Assembly (NCBI GenBank): GCA_951406725.2
Contig: OX597822.1
Span: 94,240,001 to 94,304,000 of the forward strand
Reading direction: 5' to 3'
From: Octopus vulgaris
Lineage: Eukaryota
Length of the DNA stretch: 64,000 nt
The notes under the pieces are model-generated. The model was not told the DNA's origin. It saw only the letters and a program-made list of their open reading frames with translations, and made no database searches. The translations under genes and the position numbers were made by a program. How positions within the stretch are numbered: position 1 is the stretch's first letter; each line of letters opens with the position of its first letter. This document shows, in pieces, positions 1-11,568 of this stretch.

Positions 1-950
1 GGGCTAACAGCCATACGCTAGACAGGTTCAGAAAGGACCTCACAAGCACCATGAACTCACTATAGAAACCGACCTGAAAACGGTAGATTTCCTTGATGTG
101 ACCCTGGACCTGGAATCAGCTGCCTATAAGCCCTTTAGGAAACCAAATATGAAGTTGTCATACATTAACACAGGTTCCTGCCATCCAGCCACAGTGTTCA
201 GGAATCTGGTTAAGGGCGTCAGCAGGAGAATCTCCAGCTTGTCTTCAAGCAAAGAGAACTTTGATGCTGCCACCTCGTACTACAACTCGACTCTGGCTGC
301 CAGCAGTTTCAAAGATTGTATTAGTTACATGCCAGACCCTAGCCCCACCAAAAGCAAGCGCCACCGGAAAGTACTGTGGTTTACACTGCAATTTTCTTTA
401 AACGTTAGGACCAGAGTAGGTAAGATCTTCCTTAGTTTAGTTGATAGACAATTCCACCGTACCAATAGATTCAACAAAATATTTAATAGACATAAGCTGA
501 AATTATCCTTTAGCTGTGCACGTAGTGTAAAAAAGATTTTAGTCGGTAGTCCCAGACTCGAGACTGAGGCAGGGTGCTCATGCAGAGGTAACACAACTTG
601 TCCACTAAGTGGCCACGACAATACGGATATAGTTGTTTACGAGATAGAAGTAACGACAACAGGACCCAATAGACAATAGACAACCGAGCGTGCGGACAAC
701 CAATAGACAACCGAGCGTGCGGACAACCAATAGACAACCGAACGCGTGGAAATATGTGGAGGCAGCGGAAGGCTCCTTCAGAACACGTTTTAATAACCAT
801 AAGTTCTCATTCAAAATCCCAGAGAGACGTAACGCCACAACCCTAGCCAAGCATGTCTGGGTTTTGAAAGAAAGCGGCACGGAGTACAGCATAAAGTGGA
901 AGATCCTAGAAAGATGCAGAAGACCAGATTGGGTTGTTAAACTAAATCAC
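1..950 (+). mobile_element. Penelope-like retroelement (Neptune-type) remnant: RT C-terminus, Cys-rich linker, GIY-YIG endonuclease; frameshifted, 5'-truncated by window edge
   Basis: ORFs 98-679 and 690-953 contain FLDVTLDL..YKPFRKPN, HP..V..N...GVSRRIS, VLWF..FS.NV.T.VGK.FL.LVDR.F, CSCR....CPLSG, VVY...KYVEAAEGSFRTRFNNH, TTLAKHVW.LK....Y.IKWKIL. Confidence 0.88.
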
Positions 951-993
951 TAAGCGTGATTATTGAAAGTTTTTAGAATTTTGTAGTTTCAAT

Positions 994-1410
994 GGAGCTT
1001 TTCGGTTTGAACGGCAGTTTTTTCTAGCGGTGTCATATGAAATTGTCACCCATAATTATGACCCTAGTATCGATCTATTGCATTTCAATCTATTTTAGGG
1101 TTAGGGTTAGGGGTGGGGGAAGGGTATCTTTTTTTCTTCACAAATGTAAATAAACCCAATCTGTTTCTTAAACGAGGGACATATTCATACGGCACAGAAT
1201 GCTTTTTAACTCAATAGACGTCATTGATTAGTTGAAATTGCAGAAATTGAAGAAAAACAACAACAAATATCTTACAAACTATAGAATTTTCTCAATAAAG
1301 CCAAGAGTAAAAGATGTTTTATAAACACATTCTACCAGTATACGAAGTTTAAAATGTTTTAGTTACCTAGAAATTATTTTTAAAAACTGTCGTTCAAACC
1401 GAAAAGTTCC
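994..1410. mobile_element. MITE with ~29-bp TIRs, 8-bp TSD and internal TTAGGG repeats (copy 1)
   Basis: TIR GGAGCTTTTCGGTTTGAACGGCAGTTTTT / AAAAACTGTCGTTCAAACCGAAAAGTTCC; TSD GTTTCAAT at 986-993 and 1411-1418; (TTAGGG)3 near 1095-1112. Confidence 0.9.
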
Positions 1411-1670
1411 GTTTCAATTTATTTTCACTTTATTCTGTTTGTTTAATAAATTTTCATCTGTTAGTAATATTCCCTGATCTTTACGAGTGCATAATCTATA
1501 TCGTTGTCTACCCCACCAGGAAGGCTTAGTCGATTACAGAATAATCATTCTAGTTTAAATTGGATGGCCTCTGGTTTCAAATTCCATACAGACATTAATT
1601 TCGGGTTATAAAAAAAATTATATACGGTATACATATTAAAAGAAATCTATTTGTAGAGTGACCTCTAGCT

Positions 1671-1950
1671 GGCACTCTCTCGGCTATGACGACAGGGACC
1701 CAGTTGGCTCGATCAATGGAACAGCCTGATCGTGAAATTAACGTGCAGATAGTTGAAAACTCCTCAAACATGCCTACCCTTAAAGTAGTTCTCAGGGAGA
1801 TTCAGCGTGACACAGAATGTGACAAGGCTGATTGGACTGGAGCAACGTGAAATAAAGTGTCTCACGGACACAACACACCGCCAGGAATTGAACTCACAAC
1901 CTTAAACCACGAGTTGAATGCCCTAACCACATAAGCCACGCACCTTCACT
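1671..1950 (-). mobile_element. Degenerate tRNA-derived SINE: CORE-like head with SINE-C 3' tail
   Basis: 1671-1830 matches the SINE-C tail; 1833-1950 resembles the CORE-type head at 13855-13966. Confidence 0.6.
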
Positions 1951-2215
1951 CAGAGGGACCGATATAATACTGTTTCCAGGTTTTACAACTACACACTACT
2001 CATTTTCTAAGACAAGTCCTATCAAGAGACATTCACTGATATTTCTTGAGTAACAGGTACTCAACTCCACATTAGTTGGACTAGTAGCAGGCAATACAAT
2101 AAACGATGTGTATGCAGTGGCAGCACCTTTGTTTTCTGCAGATGTGAACCCTAGAGTGACTCTCAGGCAACTAAATGTGTAAGAGCCATCGCTAAGGCAT
2201 TACAGAATCTTTTTA

Positions 2216-2381
2216 AGGTGCAGGAGTGGCTGTGTGGTAAGCAGCTTGCTTACCAACCACACGGTTCTGGGTTCAGTCCCACTGCATGGCACCTTGGGTA
2301 AGTGTCTTCTACTATAGCCTCGGGCCGACCAAAGCCTTGTGAGTGGATTTGGTAGACGGAAACTGAAAGAAGCCCGTCGTA

Positions 2382-2436
<55 letters not shown>

Positions 2437-2650
2437 GTATGTGTGTGTATACGTTTGTGTGTCTTTGTTTGTCCCCCAACATCGCTTGACAACCGATGGT
2501 GGTGTGTTTACGTCCCCGTAACTTCGGTAAAAGAGACCGATAGAATAAGTACTAGGCTTACAAGGAATAAGTCCTGGGGTTGACTTGCTCGACTAAAGGC
2601 AGTGCTCTAGCATGGCCACAGTCAAATGACTGAAACAAGTAAAAGAGTAA
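2216..2650 (+). mobile_element. SINE-A (tRNA-derived, internal TA/TG microsatellite)
   Basis: A/B-box-like head GGAGTGGCTGTGTGGTAAG..GGTTCAGTCCC, CCTTGGG(C/T)AAG core, 3' end CTGAAACAAGTAAAAGAG; more than 10 homologous copies in the window. Confidence 0.9.
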
Positions 2651-2695
2651 TGAAATAAATAAAATTGTCAATCGTTTTTCATACTATTTAATCAT

Positions 2696-2697
<2 letters not shown>

Positions 2698-2727
<30 letters not shown>

Positions 2728-2820
2728 TGTATGTATGTATGTATGTATGTATGTATGTATGTATGTATGTATGTATGTATGTATGAATGTATGTATTATG
2801 CATGTATGTATGTATGTTAT
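2698..2820. repeat. (TATG)n microsatellite
   Basis: Directly visible tandem repeat. Confidence 0.97.
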
Positions 2821-2825
2821 GCATA

Positions 2826-4036
2826 TCTCTATATATATAAAACTGAGAATGTGTGTGTGTGTGTGTGTGTGTGTGTCTGTCTGTCTGTGTGTTTCCCTAA
2901 AACTTAAGAACTACACAACCAATTTCATTCAAATTTTACACATGCCTTACTTAGGGTCCGGGGAGTGTCATCGGCAAATTTTTTAAAAAACTTTTTGCCT
3001 AGGGCGAGCCCACAGCAATATCATATCTTCTCCACTACGATTCCCTAAAACTTGAGAACTACACAACCAATTTCATTCAAATTTTACACATGCCTTACTT
3101 AGGGTCCATGTAGTTTCATGGGCAAAAACATGTTCAACGTCTTGCCTAGAGCGAGCCCATAGCAATATCATATCTTCTCCACTATTTCAGTATTACGTGT
3201 TAAAAGTGAAACAAAAACATTTCTCTATTTTATGTCAGATACTTTCACTTTAACAATAAAAATAATAATAACAATTGAATTATATGTAGTAAGTAATAAT
3301 TAAAATCAAACTAAAGTATAATATAATCGTAACATAACAAAAGTAAAAATAGCAATTGGTATAAAATTGCATCAATGACTTGAACTTGAATAAGTGGTTT
3401 CACACGAATGGGAATAAATTAAAAATAAAATTAGCGTGCAGAAATGGAATAGTCCAGATGGATAATAAAAAATTAAATTAAAGAAAAGACTATTGTCTAT
3501 AAAGTATACAATGTAGAGAATAAAGATTTGAACACCTGGTGGAAAGCACCATCGAAAAGTATCTTGGTGCGACTATGTAAGATATATAACCAGCGGCAGT
3601 AAATTCGCCACAATAGAAGCAAGGTTCGAGTCAACGGAGCGTGCAAGGGAGTACTCGACTTGAACTTACAAAGTGGAAATATTTTATTTTTACCTTTATA
3701 TCTGGGACGTAGGACGTAGGACGTCCCGGATAAAAATTAAAAATATCCCCCTCCCCAGCAGTAGAGGTAGGCTGGATTGTAGCCACACTTCTATACAAGT
3801 GGGAGGACAAGATACAATTGATCGAAATTGCAAGAGACGGGCTTACAATTCCAGTCTGTTATATATTTTGAGTATTGTTATCACTAGCGATATCAAGATA
3901 TAACTTTGTATTTTGTATTTTATGTGTAGATGTATATATATATAGATATATGTACATGTAATATGTACACATATATATATACACATATATACATGCACTA
4001 GCACTATGACCCGGCAACGACGGGTCATAATGCTAG
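2826..4036 (+). mobile_element. Non-autonomous Helitron with internal tandem duplication and unassigned cargo
   Basis: A|TC start; 3' hairpin TATGACCCG-GCAACGA-CGGGTCATA then CTAG|T; 2893-3037 repeated at 3041-3185. Confidence 0.8.
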
Positions 4037-4048
4037 TATATCTATATA

Positions 4049-4302
4049 TCTCTCTATATATAAAACTGAGAATGTATGTCTGTCTGTCTGTCTGTGTGTT
4101 TCCCTAAAACTTGAGAACTACACAACCAATTTCATTCAAATTTTACACATGCCTTACTTAGGGTCCATTTAGTGTCATGGGCAAAAAATTTCTAATTTCT
4201 TGCCTAGGGCGAGACCATAGCAATATCATATCTTCTCCACTATTTCAGTCTTACGTGTTAAAAGTGAAACAAAAAGATCTCTCTATTGTATGTATATGGG
4301 TG

Positions 4303-4346
<44 letters not shown>

Positions 4347-4411
4347 ATATATAGCTGTATATGTATAGATGTATTTCTATATACATGTATGTATATACAT
4401 ATATATGTATA

Positions 4412-4487
<76 letters not shown>

Positions 4488-4535
4488 TGTACATGTAATA
4501 TGTACACATATATATACACATCTATATATATGCAT
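4049..4535 (+). mobile_element. Second, 3'-truncated copy of the same Helitron family
   Basis: TCTCTCTATATATAAAACTGAGAATG start; near-identical to 2826-3230; no terminal hairpin. Confidence 0.7.
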
Positions 4536-4585
4536 ACTTATATACACCCATACACACACCCACCCCCACACACACACATACATAA

Positions 4586-4895
4586 GTGCAGGTGTGGCTT
4601 TGTGGTAACAAACTTGATTCCAAAACACACGGTCCTCAGTTCAGTCTCACTGTGTGGTAACTTGGCATGTGCCTTCTGCTATAGCCCGAGACCAACCAAA
4701 GCCTGGTCAGTGGATTTTGTAAACAGAAACTGAAAGAAATCAATTGTATGTGTATGTATGTATATATGTAAGGCTATGTGTGTGTCTTCGTCTTTCTCCC
4801 TCATCACTGCTTCACAACTGGTGTTCGTTTATTTACATCCCCATAACTTACTGGTTTCACAAGAGGAAACTGATAGAATAAGTACCAGGCTTATC
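4586..4895 (+). mobile_element. Old, diverged SINE-A
   Basis: Colinear but diverged match to SINE-A. Confidence 0.7.
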
Positions 4896-5204
4896 AAAAT
4901 ATAAAACAGCACTACGAAGTGTCTCATATCTTTGTTTGCCCACTCAGTTGTATCTATCAATTTATCTTTGTGTGTGTGTATGTGTGTGTGTGTGTGTGTG
5001 TATGTGTGTGTATGTATACATACATATATATATACATATATGTATACACACACACACACACACACATAAATATATATATATAACATAGTTCTTGAACCGG
5101 TACTTCAAGTAACGACTTGGGTAGGGTAACTGACTGCTTATTGTGATCATTCGTCTTTTCGTTTCCTGTAGCTTTGCTCTCTTTTACAAACCCAGTGAAC
5201 ATAT

Positions 5205-5601
5205 ATTTCCTATTTCATAGAAATTCAAACAATAGAAATAACACCCAAGTTAAAAAGATTTTCAACAATTCAACTTCTCTGGTTGACATTAAGATGCCCA
5301 CCCCCAACAGGGGCCTTAACTCTCACATTTTAGAGCTCCATGACCTTCATTTTTTAGGACCAAAATCTTTTTAACAGGTACAATAACACTGGAATTTTGG
5401 AATATACGCATAAAAATCAGTACTATGGGATACATGTGGCAAGATTACAAATTTTTTAGTGTGTGTAAAGAGGGAAATAACCCTCATCGGCAATTTTGAT
5501 GAAATTCAAAACATAGATATTCCAGTTCATTACAGAAAATATAACAGAAATGTCTAATTCTTCAATTGAATGTAACCGGGAACGCCGGGTATCTCTGCTA
5601 G
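5205..5601 (+). mobile_element. Helitron-like fragment (3' end; left boundary uncertain)
   Basis: CCGGGAACGCCGG hairpin followed by CTAG at 5598-5601. Confidence 0.5.
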
Positions 5602-5939
5602 AATGTTTATATTTGTATATATTCATTTATGTATGTATGTATGTATGTATGTATGTATGTATGTATGTATGTATGTATGTATGTATATTTGTATATATAT
5701 TTGTATATATTCATTTATGTATGTATGTATATATGTAATGTATGTATGTATATATATTTGTATATATATTTGTATATATTCATTTATGTATGTATGTAAT
5801 GTATGTATGTATGTATGTATGTATGTATGTATGTATGTATGTATGTGTATGCATGTATGTATGTATGTCATGCATATATATGTTTATATTTGTATATATT
5901 CATTTATGTATGTATGTATGTATGTATGTATGTACGTTC

Positions 5940-5970
<31 letters not shown>

Positions 5971-5976
5971 TGTATG

Positions 5977-6010
<34 letters not shown>

Positions 6011-6030
6011 CGTACGTATGTATGTATTTA
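5602..6030. repeat. Compound (TATG)n array with repeated ATTTGTATATATTCATT interruptions
   Basis: Directly visible. Confidence 0.95.
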
Positions 6031-6034
6031 CATA

Positions 6035-6906
6035 CAGGGTGGGTGGAAAGTAAGTAGGTATTAGAAATTGCTTATAGGATTTTTAGTATCACTGAAATCA
6101 TGACGAAAGCATTTATAAACAGACAACTTTAATGGGGATTCCTTATTTTCCAGATAGCCGGTCGCTTAACAGTTCTGGAGCGATCTAAGAAAGCAGCACA
6201 CTATGAAGTGTAGAATTCCATTGTTTTGGTTCAGAGATGGTGGCATGCATGGAAAGGGATGCATGCAACACTACGCCCGGAGACAATAAAAAGTTATCGT
6301 ACAAAGCTGATGACGACAGGCTTTGTGAACGATGCAAGAAGTGGCCGTCCAACCACATCCTGATCAGCGGAGAACGTGGCAACAGTTGCAGGAGATGTTT
6401 AATCGCAGCCCACAAAAATCAACACGCCAAGCAGCTCGTGAAAGTGAACTAACAAAACACACAATACGTACGGTGTTGCATAAAGGATTGAATTTTCGTC
6501 CGTGGAAATCTCATTGCCTGCGGGAGCTAAAACCTGAAGACTGTTGACCGCAGAAGTCGAGAAGTCCAAAACTCCAAGAAGTCCAGATCTCACCCCACGT
6601 GATTTTTATATGTAGGGGTTACACAAAAGAGGTGTACAAGACAAAACCTCGCACGCTGGAGGACTTGGAGACACCGATTCAGGAGGTTCTCAATGGTATC
6701 CCAGACGACGTCCTTCAGAAGGTTGTTCATTCCATCCCTGGCTGTTTGAGGAAACTGGTTGAAGCCACCGGTGCTTACGTTGAAATGTGAAGATTTACTT
6801 TCATTTCCCATGTAATAAAGAACATGCATCATTTGCTTCAATAAATTTGTAAAAGGAATATGGATTTTATTACGAATTTTCAATGCCTACTTAGTTTTCA
6901 CCCACC

Positions 6907-6909
<3 letters not shown>
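6035..6909 (+). mobile_element. Tc1/mariner-superfamily element, internally deleted, degenerate transposase
   Basis: TIRs CAGGGTGGGTG(G/A)AA..TAAGTAGG with TA flanks; peptides RSPQKSTRQAARESELTKHTIRTVLHKGLNFRPWK, PRSPDLTP, VYKTKPRTLEDLE. Confidence 0.88.
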
Positions 6910-6960
<51 letters not shown>

Positions 6961-6963
<3 letters not shown>

Positions 6964-7271
6964 AGATAAGAAAATGGAGAAATACATCTAAATCAAATAT
7001 CAAATACCAGATAATACTCAATCACATACTTTATTAAACCACCACATAAGAGACTGTAGGGTTAAACATAAAAAGCAGAACAAATCAGTATACATAAAAG
7101 AATGTACATAAAAAAGTGTACATAAAAGAGTGATGTTGTATAATAAGTAGAATATATATAAAAAAGAGAATATACATATAAGTAAATATAAATATAAGTA
7201 TAGATTACATCTTACAGCTGTTTCGGCCATGTAGATAAGTATGTCTCATTTTACCAATATTGGCCTTTTAT

Positions 7272-7272
<1 letters not shown>
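6961..7272 (-). mobile_element. Probable Penelope-like terminal fragment between (TA)n tracts, with decayed hammerhead-like motif
   Basis: Minus strand GGCCA...TGGCC-GAAA-CAGCTG-TA; CUGANGA position degenerate. Confidence 0.4.
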
Positions 7273-7329
<57 letters not shown>

Positions 7330-7332
<3 letters not shown>

Positions 7333-7575
7333 GGTGGGTGAAAAGTAAGTGAAAATTGGTAATAATATATATATATATAAATTAAAGACACATTTAATCC
7401 TGTTAATTCAACTATGAACAAAGTTATCAAGATGCTTGTAAACTTTTGGGGATGGATTGTAGATATGATTTTATTTCAAAATGTCCACCACCATGCCCAA
7501 TACATAATCGATATCATTCTTTTCCAGATGCTAAAATCAAACCATCAAGAACGCTGTGCATTAGTGAGGAAATAC
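7330..7575 (-). mobile_element. Right end of a second Tc1/mariner element
   Basis: TIR CAGGGTGGGTGAAAAGTAAGT after TA; minus strand encodes C-terminal RLCIGHGGGHFE. Confidence 0.6.
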
Positions 7576-7948
7576 TTTGTTATTGGTTTACAGATATCAG
7601 AATCTTTTGTATCTTGACGAAAGAAAATTTTGTTTGATTGTTTGAAAAAAGACAAAACAAAGAGAACAAAAAAGAAAGCAACCCTCACCCCTCCTAATAC
7701 CTTTAAGACAACAGTTTCTTACAAATTTGATACTGACAGGATATGTATGTGTAGGAGTCAGGCAATGTGTATTTGTTTTCTCTTTAATTTCTTCCAAATT
7801 TTACTTTCGCTTGGTAGACATTAACAGATAGAGAATTTGTGGAAATTCATTATTATTTTTCAGCGACAACAGTTTATTTGAAATTGAGGCAGAGAGTCCA
7901 CAGTCTCTGTGGGCAATTTGGGAAAATCTCGACAAGAAACTCAAACCT

Positions 7949-8174
7949 ATTTCTTTACTACCCACTAGGGGCTAAACACAGAGAGGACAAACAAGGACAG
8001 ACAAATGGATTAAGTCGATTATATCGACCCCAGTGCGTAACTGGTACTTATTTAATCGACCCCGAAAGGATGAAAGGCAAAGTTGACCTCGGCGGAATTT
8101 GAACTCTGAACGTAACGGCAGAAGAAATACCGCTAAGCATTTCGCCCGGCGTGCTACCGTTTCTGCCAGCTCGC
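7949..8174 (-). mobile_element. SINE-B (young tail type)
   Basis: Reverse complement of GCGAGCTGGCAGAAACG..GAGTTCAAATTCCGCCGAGGTC.ACTTTGCCTTTCATCC..GGGTAGTAAAGAAATA. Confidence 0.9.
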
Positions 8175-8287
8175 TGATTTACTCAAACCGATGAGTACAT
8201 CTCTATGCTTGTTTCATAACCTGGTAGAAATAGCAGACAAACCTTTCCCAAATCGCAACCAAAAGTAAATATATAAAATGAATGAAT

Positions 8288-8688
8288 AGGCGCAGGAGTG
8301 GCTGTGTGGTAAGTAGCTTGCTAATCAATCACATGGTTCCGGGTTCAGTCCCACTGCGTGGCGTCTTGGGCAAGTGTCTTCTGCTATAGCCTCGGGCCGA
8401 CCAATGCCTTGTGAGTGGATTTGGTAGACGGAAACTGAAAGAAGCCTGTCGTATATATGTATATATATATATATATGTATGTATGTGTGTGTGTTTGTGT
8501 GTCTGTGTTTGTCCCCCTAGCATTGCTTGACAACCGATGCTGGTGTGTTTACGTCCCCGTCACTTAGCGGTTCGGCAAAAGAGACCGATAGAATAAGTAC
8601 TGGGCTTACCGGCGTCGATTTGCTCGACTAAAGGCGGTGCTCCAGCATGGCCGCAGTCAAATGACTGAAACAAGTAAAAAAAAAGAGT
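8288..8688 (+). mobile_element. SINE-A
   Basis: Near full-length match to other SINE-A copies. Confidence 0.9.
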
Positions 8689-8703
8689 ATATTGGTGAAT
8701 GTC

Positions 8704-9970
8704 CGAGGTCTGACCCATAAGTATCCGGACCGTTGCCATAGTAACGAAGCTAAAGCACGCAGGGTAAAGCCGCTTGGCACATATTGACCTTGAACTCTGC
8801 TGTGCATGTGCAATAAGTTTTATGGCTCTAGCTTGGAGGCGCAATGGCCCAGTGGTTAGGGTAGCGGACTCGCGGTCGTAGGATCGCGGTTTCGATTTCC
8901 AGACCGGGCATTGTGAGTGTTAATTGAGCGAAAATACCTAAAGCTTCACGAGGCTCCTGCAGGGTGTGGTGGTGAACCCTGCTGTACTCTTTCACCACAA
9001 CTTTCTCTCTTGCTCTTTCTTCCTGTTTCTGTTGTACCTGTATTTCAAAGGGCCGGCCTTGTCACTCTCTGTGTCACGCTGAATATCCCCGAGAACTACG
9101 TTAAGAGTACACGTGTCTGTGGAGTGCTCAGCCACTTGCACGTTAATTCCACGAGCAAGCTGTTCCGTTGATCGTATCAGCTGGGACCCTCATCGTCGTA
9201 ACCGACGGAGTGCTCCTATACTATATGGCTCTAGCTCACTTCCGATATTTACGGCAGTGCTTAGAAGGAAAGTGTGTAGCGTGCGATCGTCGCATTGGCA
9301 ATGAGAAAGTTGTCATAACGATACCTGCTCAGAGGCCAACGCCAAGTTGCAGAAAGTGTATGGAGAGGAATGTACGAGTCGCACACATGTGTACGAGTGG
9401 GGTCAGACGTTTCCGAGATGGCCGAAAAATGTCGATATTCACAAATGTTCTGGGAGACCTGCAACCAGCAGAACTGTGAAAAGCATCGCGGATGTGCCTG
9501 CAGCTGTGAGGAGAAATCGTCGAATCACTATCCGTGAGTTATCATAAGATGAGCAGATTAGTTATAAGTTCAGTTCAGTTTTTTATCACTGGAGGTTTGA
9601 ACCCAAACTGCTTTCAGCTTGCCGAAAAGACACTCGGATTTCAGTTACACAAAGTCTTCCTGATTGCGTCGAGAACAATGAAAACTTGTTGAAAACTTTG
9701 CGTAGTCTTCTGTGCAGGTATCGCCAAGTTTTTAACAAAACTTGATGCAGATTCTCTGCTGAACTTTCTCTGTCATGTTCAATGTAACGATCACACGCTA
9801 CACACGTTTCTTCCAAGCACTGCTGTAAACAACGGAAGTAAGCTTGAGCGTTAAAACTTATTGCGCATGGACAGCAGAGTTCGTGGTCAATCTGTGCCAA
9901 GCGGCTTCATTATGAGTACTTCAGCTTCGTTACTATGGCAACAATCCGGATACTTACTGATCAGACCACG
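8704..9970. mobile_element. Mariner-derived element made of two inverted left ends, interrupted by SINE-C
   Basis: ~200-bp diverged inverted arms; + strand LQKVYGEECTSRTHVYEW..SGRPATS..RRNRRITIREL; - strand MTEKVQQRICIKFC*KLG. Confidence 0.75.
8834..9216 (+). mobile_element. SINE-C (tRNA-derived)
   Basis: A box TGGCCCAGTGG, B box GGTTTCGATTTCC; 13-bp TSD TATGGCTCTAGCT at 8821-8833 and 9224-9236. Confidence 0.92.
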
Positions 9971-10017
9971 TATTAGATAAAATGGTCACGAACAGAACTC
10001 CTTTGGTCATACGTCTG

Positions 10018-10435
10018 GGATCTTTTCGGTTTGAACGGCAGTTTTTAACAATTTCTAGGTAACTAAAAAATTTTAAATTTCGTATACTAGTAGAATGTGT
10101 TTATAAAACATCTTTTTCTCTTGGCTCTATTGAGAAAATTCTATAGTTTGTAAGATATTTGTTGTTTTTTTTTCTTCAATTTCTGCAATTTCAACCAATC
10201 AGTGACGTCTATTGAGGTAAAAAGCATTCTGTGCCGTATGAATATGTCCCTCGTTTAAGAAACAGATTGGGTTTATTTACATTTTTGAAGAAAAAAAGAT
10301 ACCCTCTCCCCCATAACCCTAACCCTAACCCTAAAAGAGCTCGAAATGCAATAGATCGATACTAGTGTCATAATTATGGGTGACAATTTCATATGACACC
10401 GCTAGAAAAAACTGCCGTTCAAACCGAAAAGATCC
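10018..10435. mobile_element. TTAGGG-MITE copy 2 (opposite orientation to copy 1)
   Basis: TIR GGATCTTTTCGGTTTGAACGGCAGTTTTT at both ends; TSD TACGTCTG/TACGTTTG; (CCCTAA)3. Confidence 0.9.
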
Positions 10436-10499
10436 TACGTTTGTTATATAACGGTTGAAAGCAATCAATAATAGTAACGACAACAACACTTCCGAGTAC

Positions 10500-10718
10500 C
10501 ATATTGGTTTCAAATTATGGTACACGATCAGCAAGTTAGGTGAAGGGGTAAGTCGATTACATCAATCTCAGTCCTCATCCGGTACTTATTTTATTGACCC
10601 CGAAACAAGGAAGGGTTAAGTCGACCTCGGCGAAATATGAACTCAGAACATAAAGACAGACCGAAATATCGCTACGCATTTTGCACTGCGTATTAACGAT
10701 TCTGCTACTTCGCCGCCT
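10500..10718 (-). mobile_element. Old SINE-B
   Basis: Diverged match; older GAAACCAAT-type tail. Confidence 0.75.
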
Positions 10719-11364
10719 AATGATACTTAATATTAAACATCTAAATTCGCTGCCAAAAAATCCGTCAATTTGGAAATAAAATAAACTGGCAGTTTTTGGT
10801 AACCATGCCATTCCTAATGGCAACAGAAGTCCTAAGGGTCAAATCCAGATCACATTCCTTACTACCTACACTTCTATAAGACCACCAAGATTAATTATCG
10901 ATTATTATTATTTTGTAAAAAATAAGTTTTTAGCATTCGTGATAACTAGTTTTACTGCATCGCTTACTACAATTTTCAAATCTTGAGACATACGTTTCAC
11001 TGCTCGTGTTAATCGATGAAGATATCAGTGGAAGCTTTCTGAGTTTTCTTTATTATTATTATTAATTTTTATTACTACTTTTAGTAGTTTTCCGGTTTAT
11101 GATCACAAGATGAGAGTAGAAAATTATCGTAAGCAATCAGCATTAAAAAATTAAAATTTTGAGAAAAAGAGTTTTATTTTGTATCGTTATCTTCGTATTT
11201 TTAAACGTGGAAATCCGATAAAAAAACAACACACACACAAAACAAACAAAAAAAAAACGAAAAGGAGTTTTGAAAGAAGTTAAATTTCATTTTTTCTGTT
11301 TAGTAAAATTGCAGTCTGTTGTTGAAAATAGGAATCCGAAAAAAAATTTACCATTTTCTTTTAT

Positions 11365-11568
11365 GGATTCTGGCTCAAGACCAGCAATTTCAGGGAAGGG
11401 GACTAGTCGAATACATCCCCAGTGCTCAACAGGTACTTATTTTATCGACGCCAACAGGATGAAAGGCTAAGCCGATTTCGGCTGTATTTCAACTCAGAAC
11501 GTAAAGACGGATAAAATGTTACTGAGCATTTTATCCGGTAAGGCAACGATTCTACCAGCTTGCCACCT
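11365..11568 (-). mobile_element. Old SINE-B
   Basis: Diverged match. Confidence 0.7.

Noticed and set aside
8834-8910. tRNA gene candidates at SINE heads
   Set aside because: No complete cloverleaf or acceptor stem; they continue into SINE bodies bounded by TSDs
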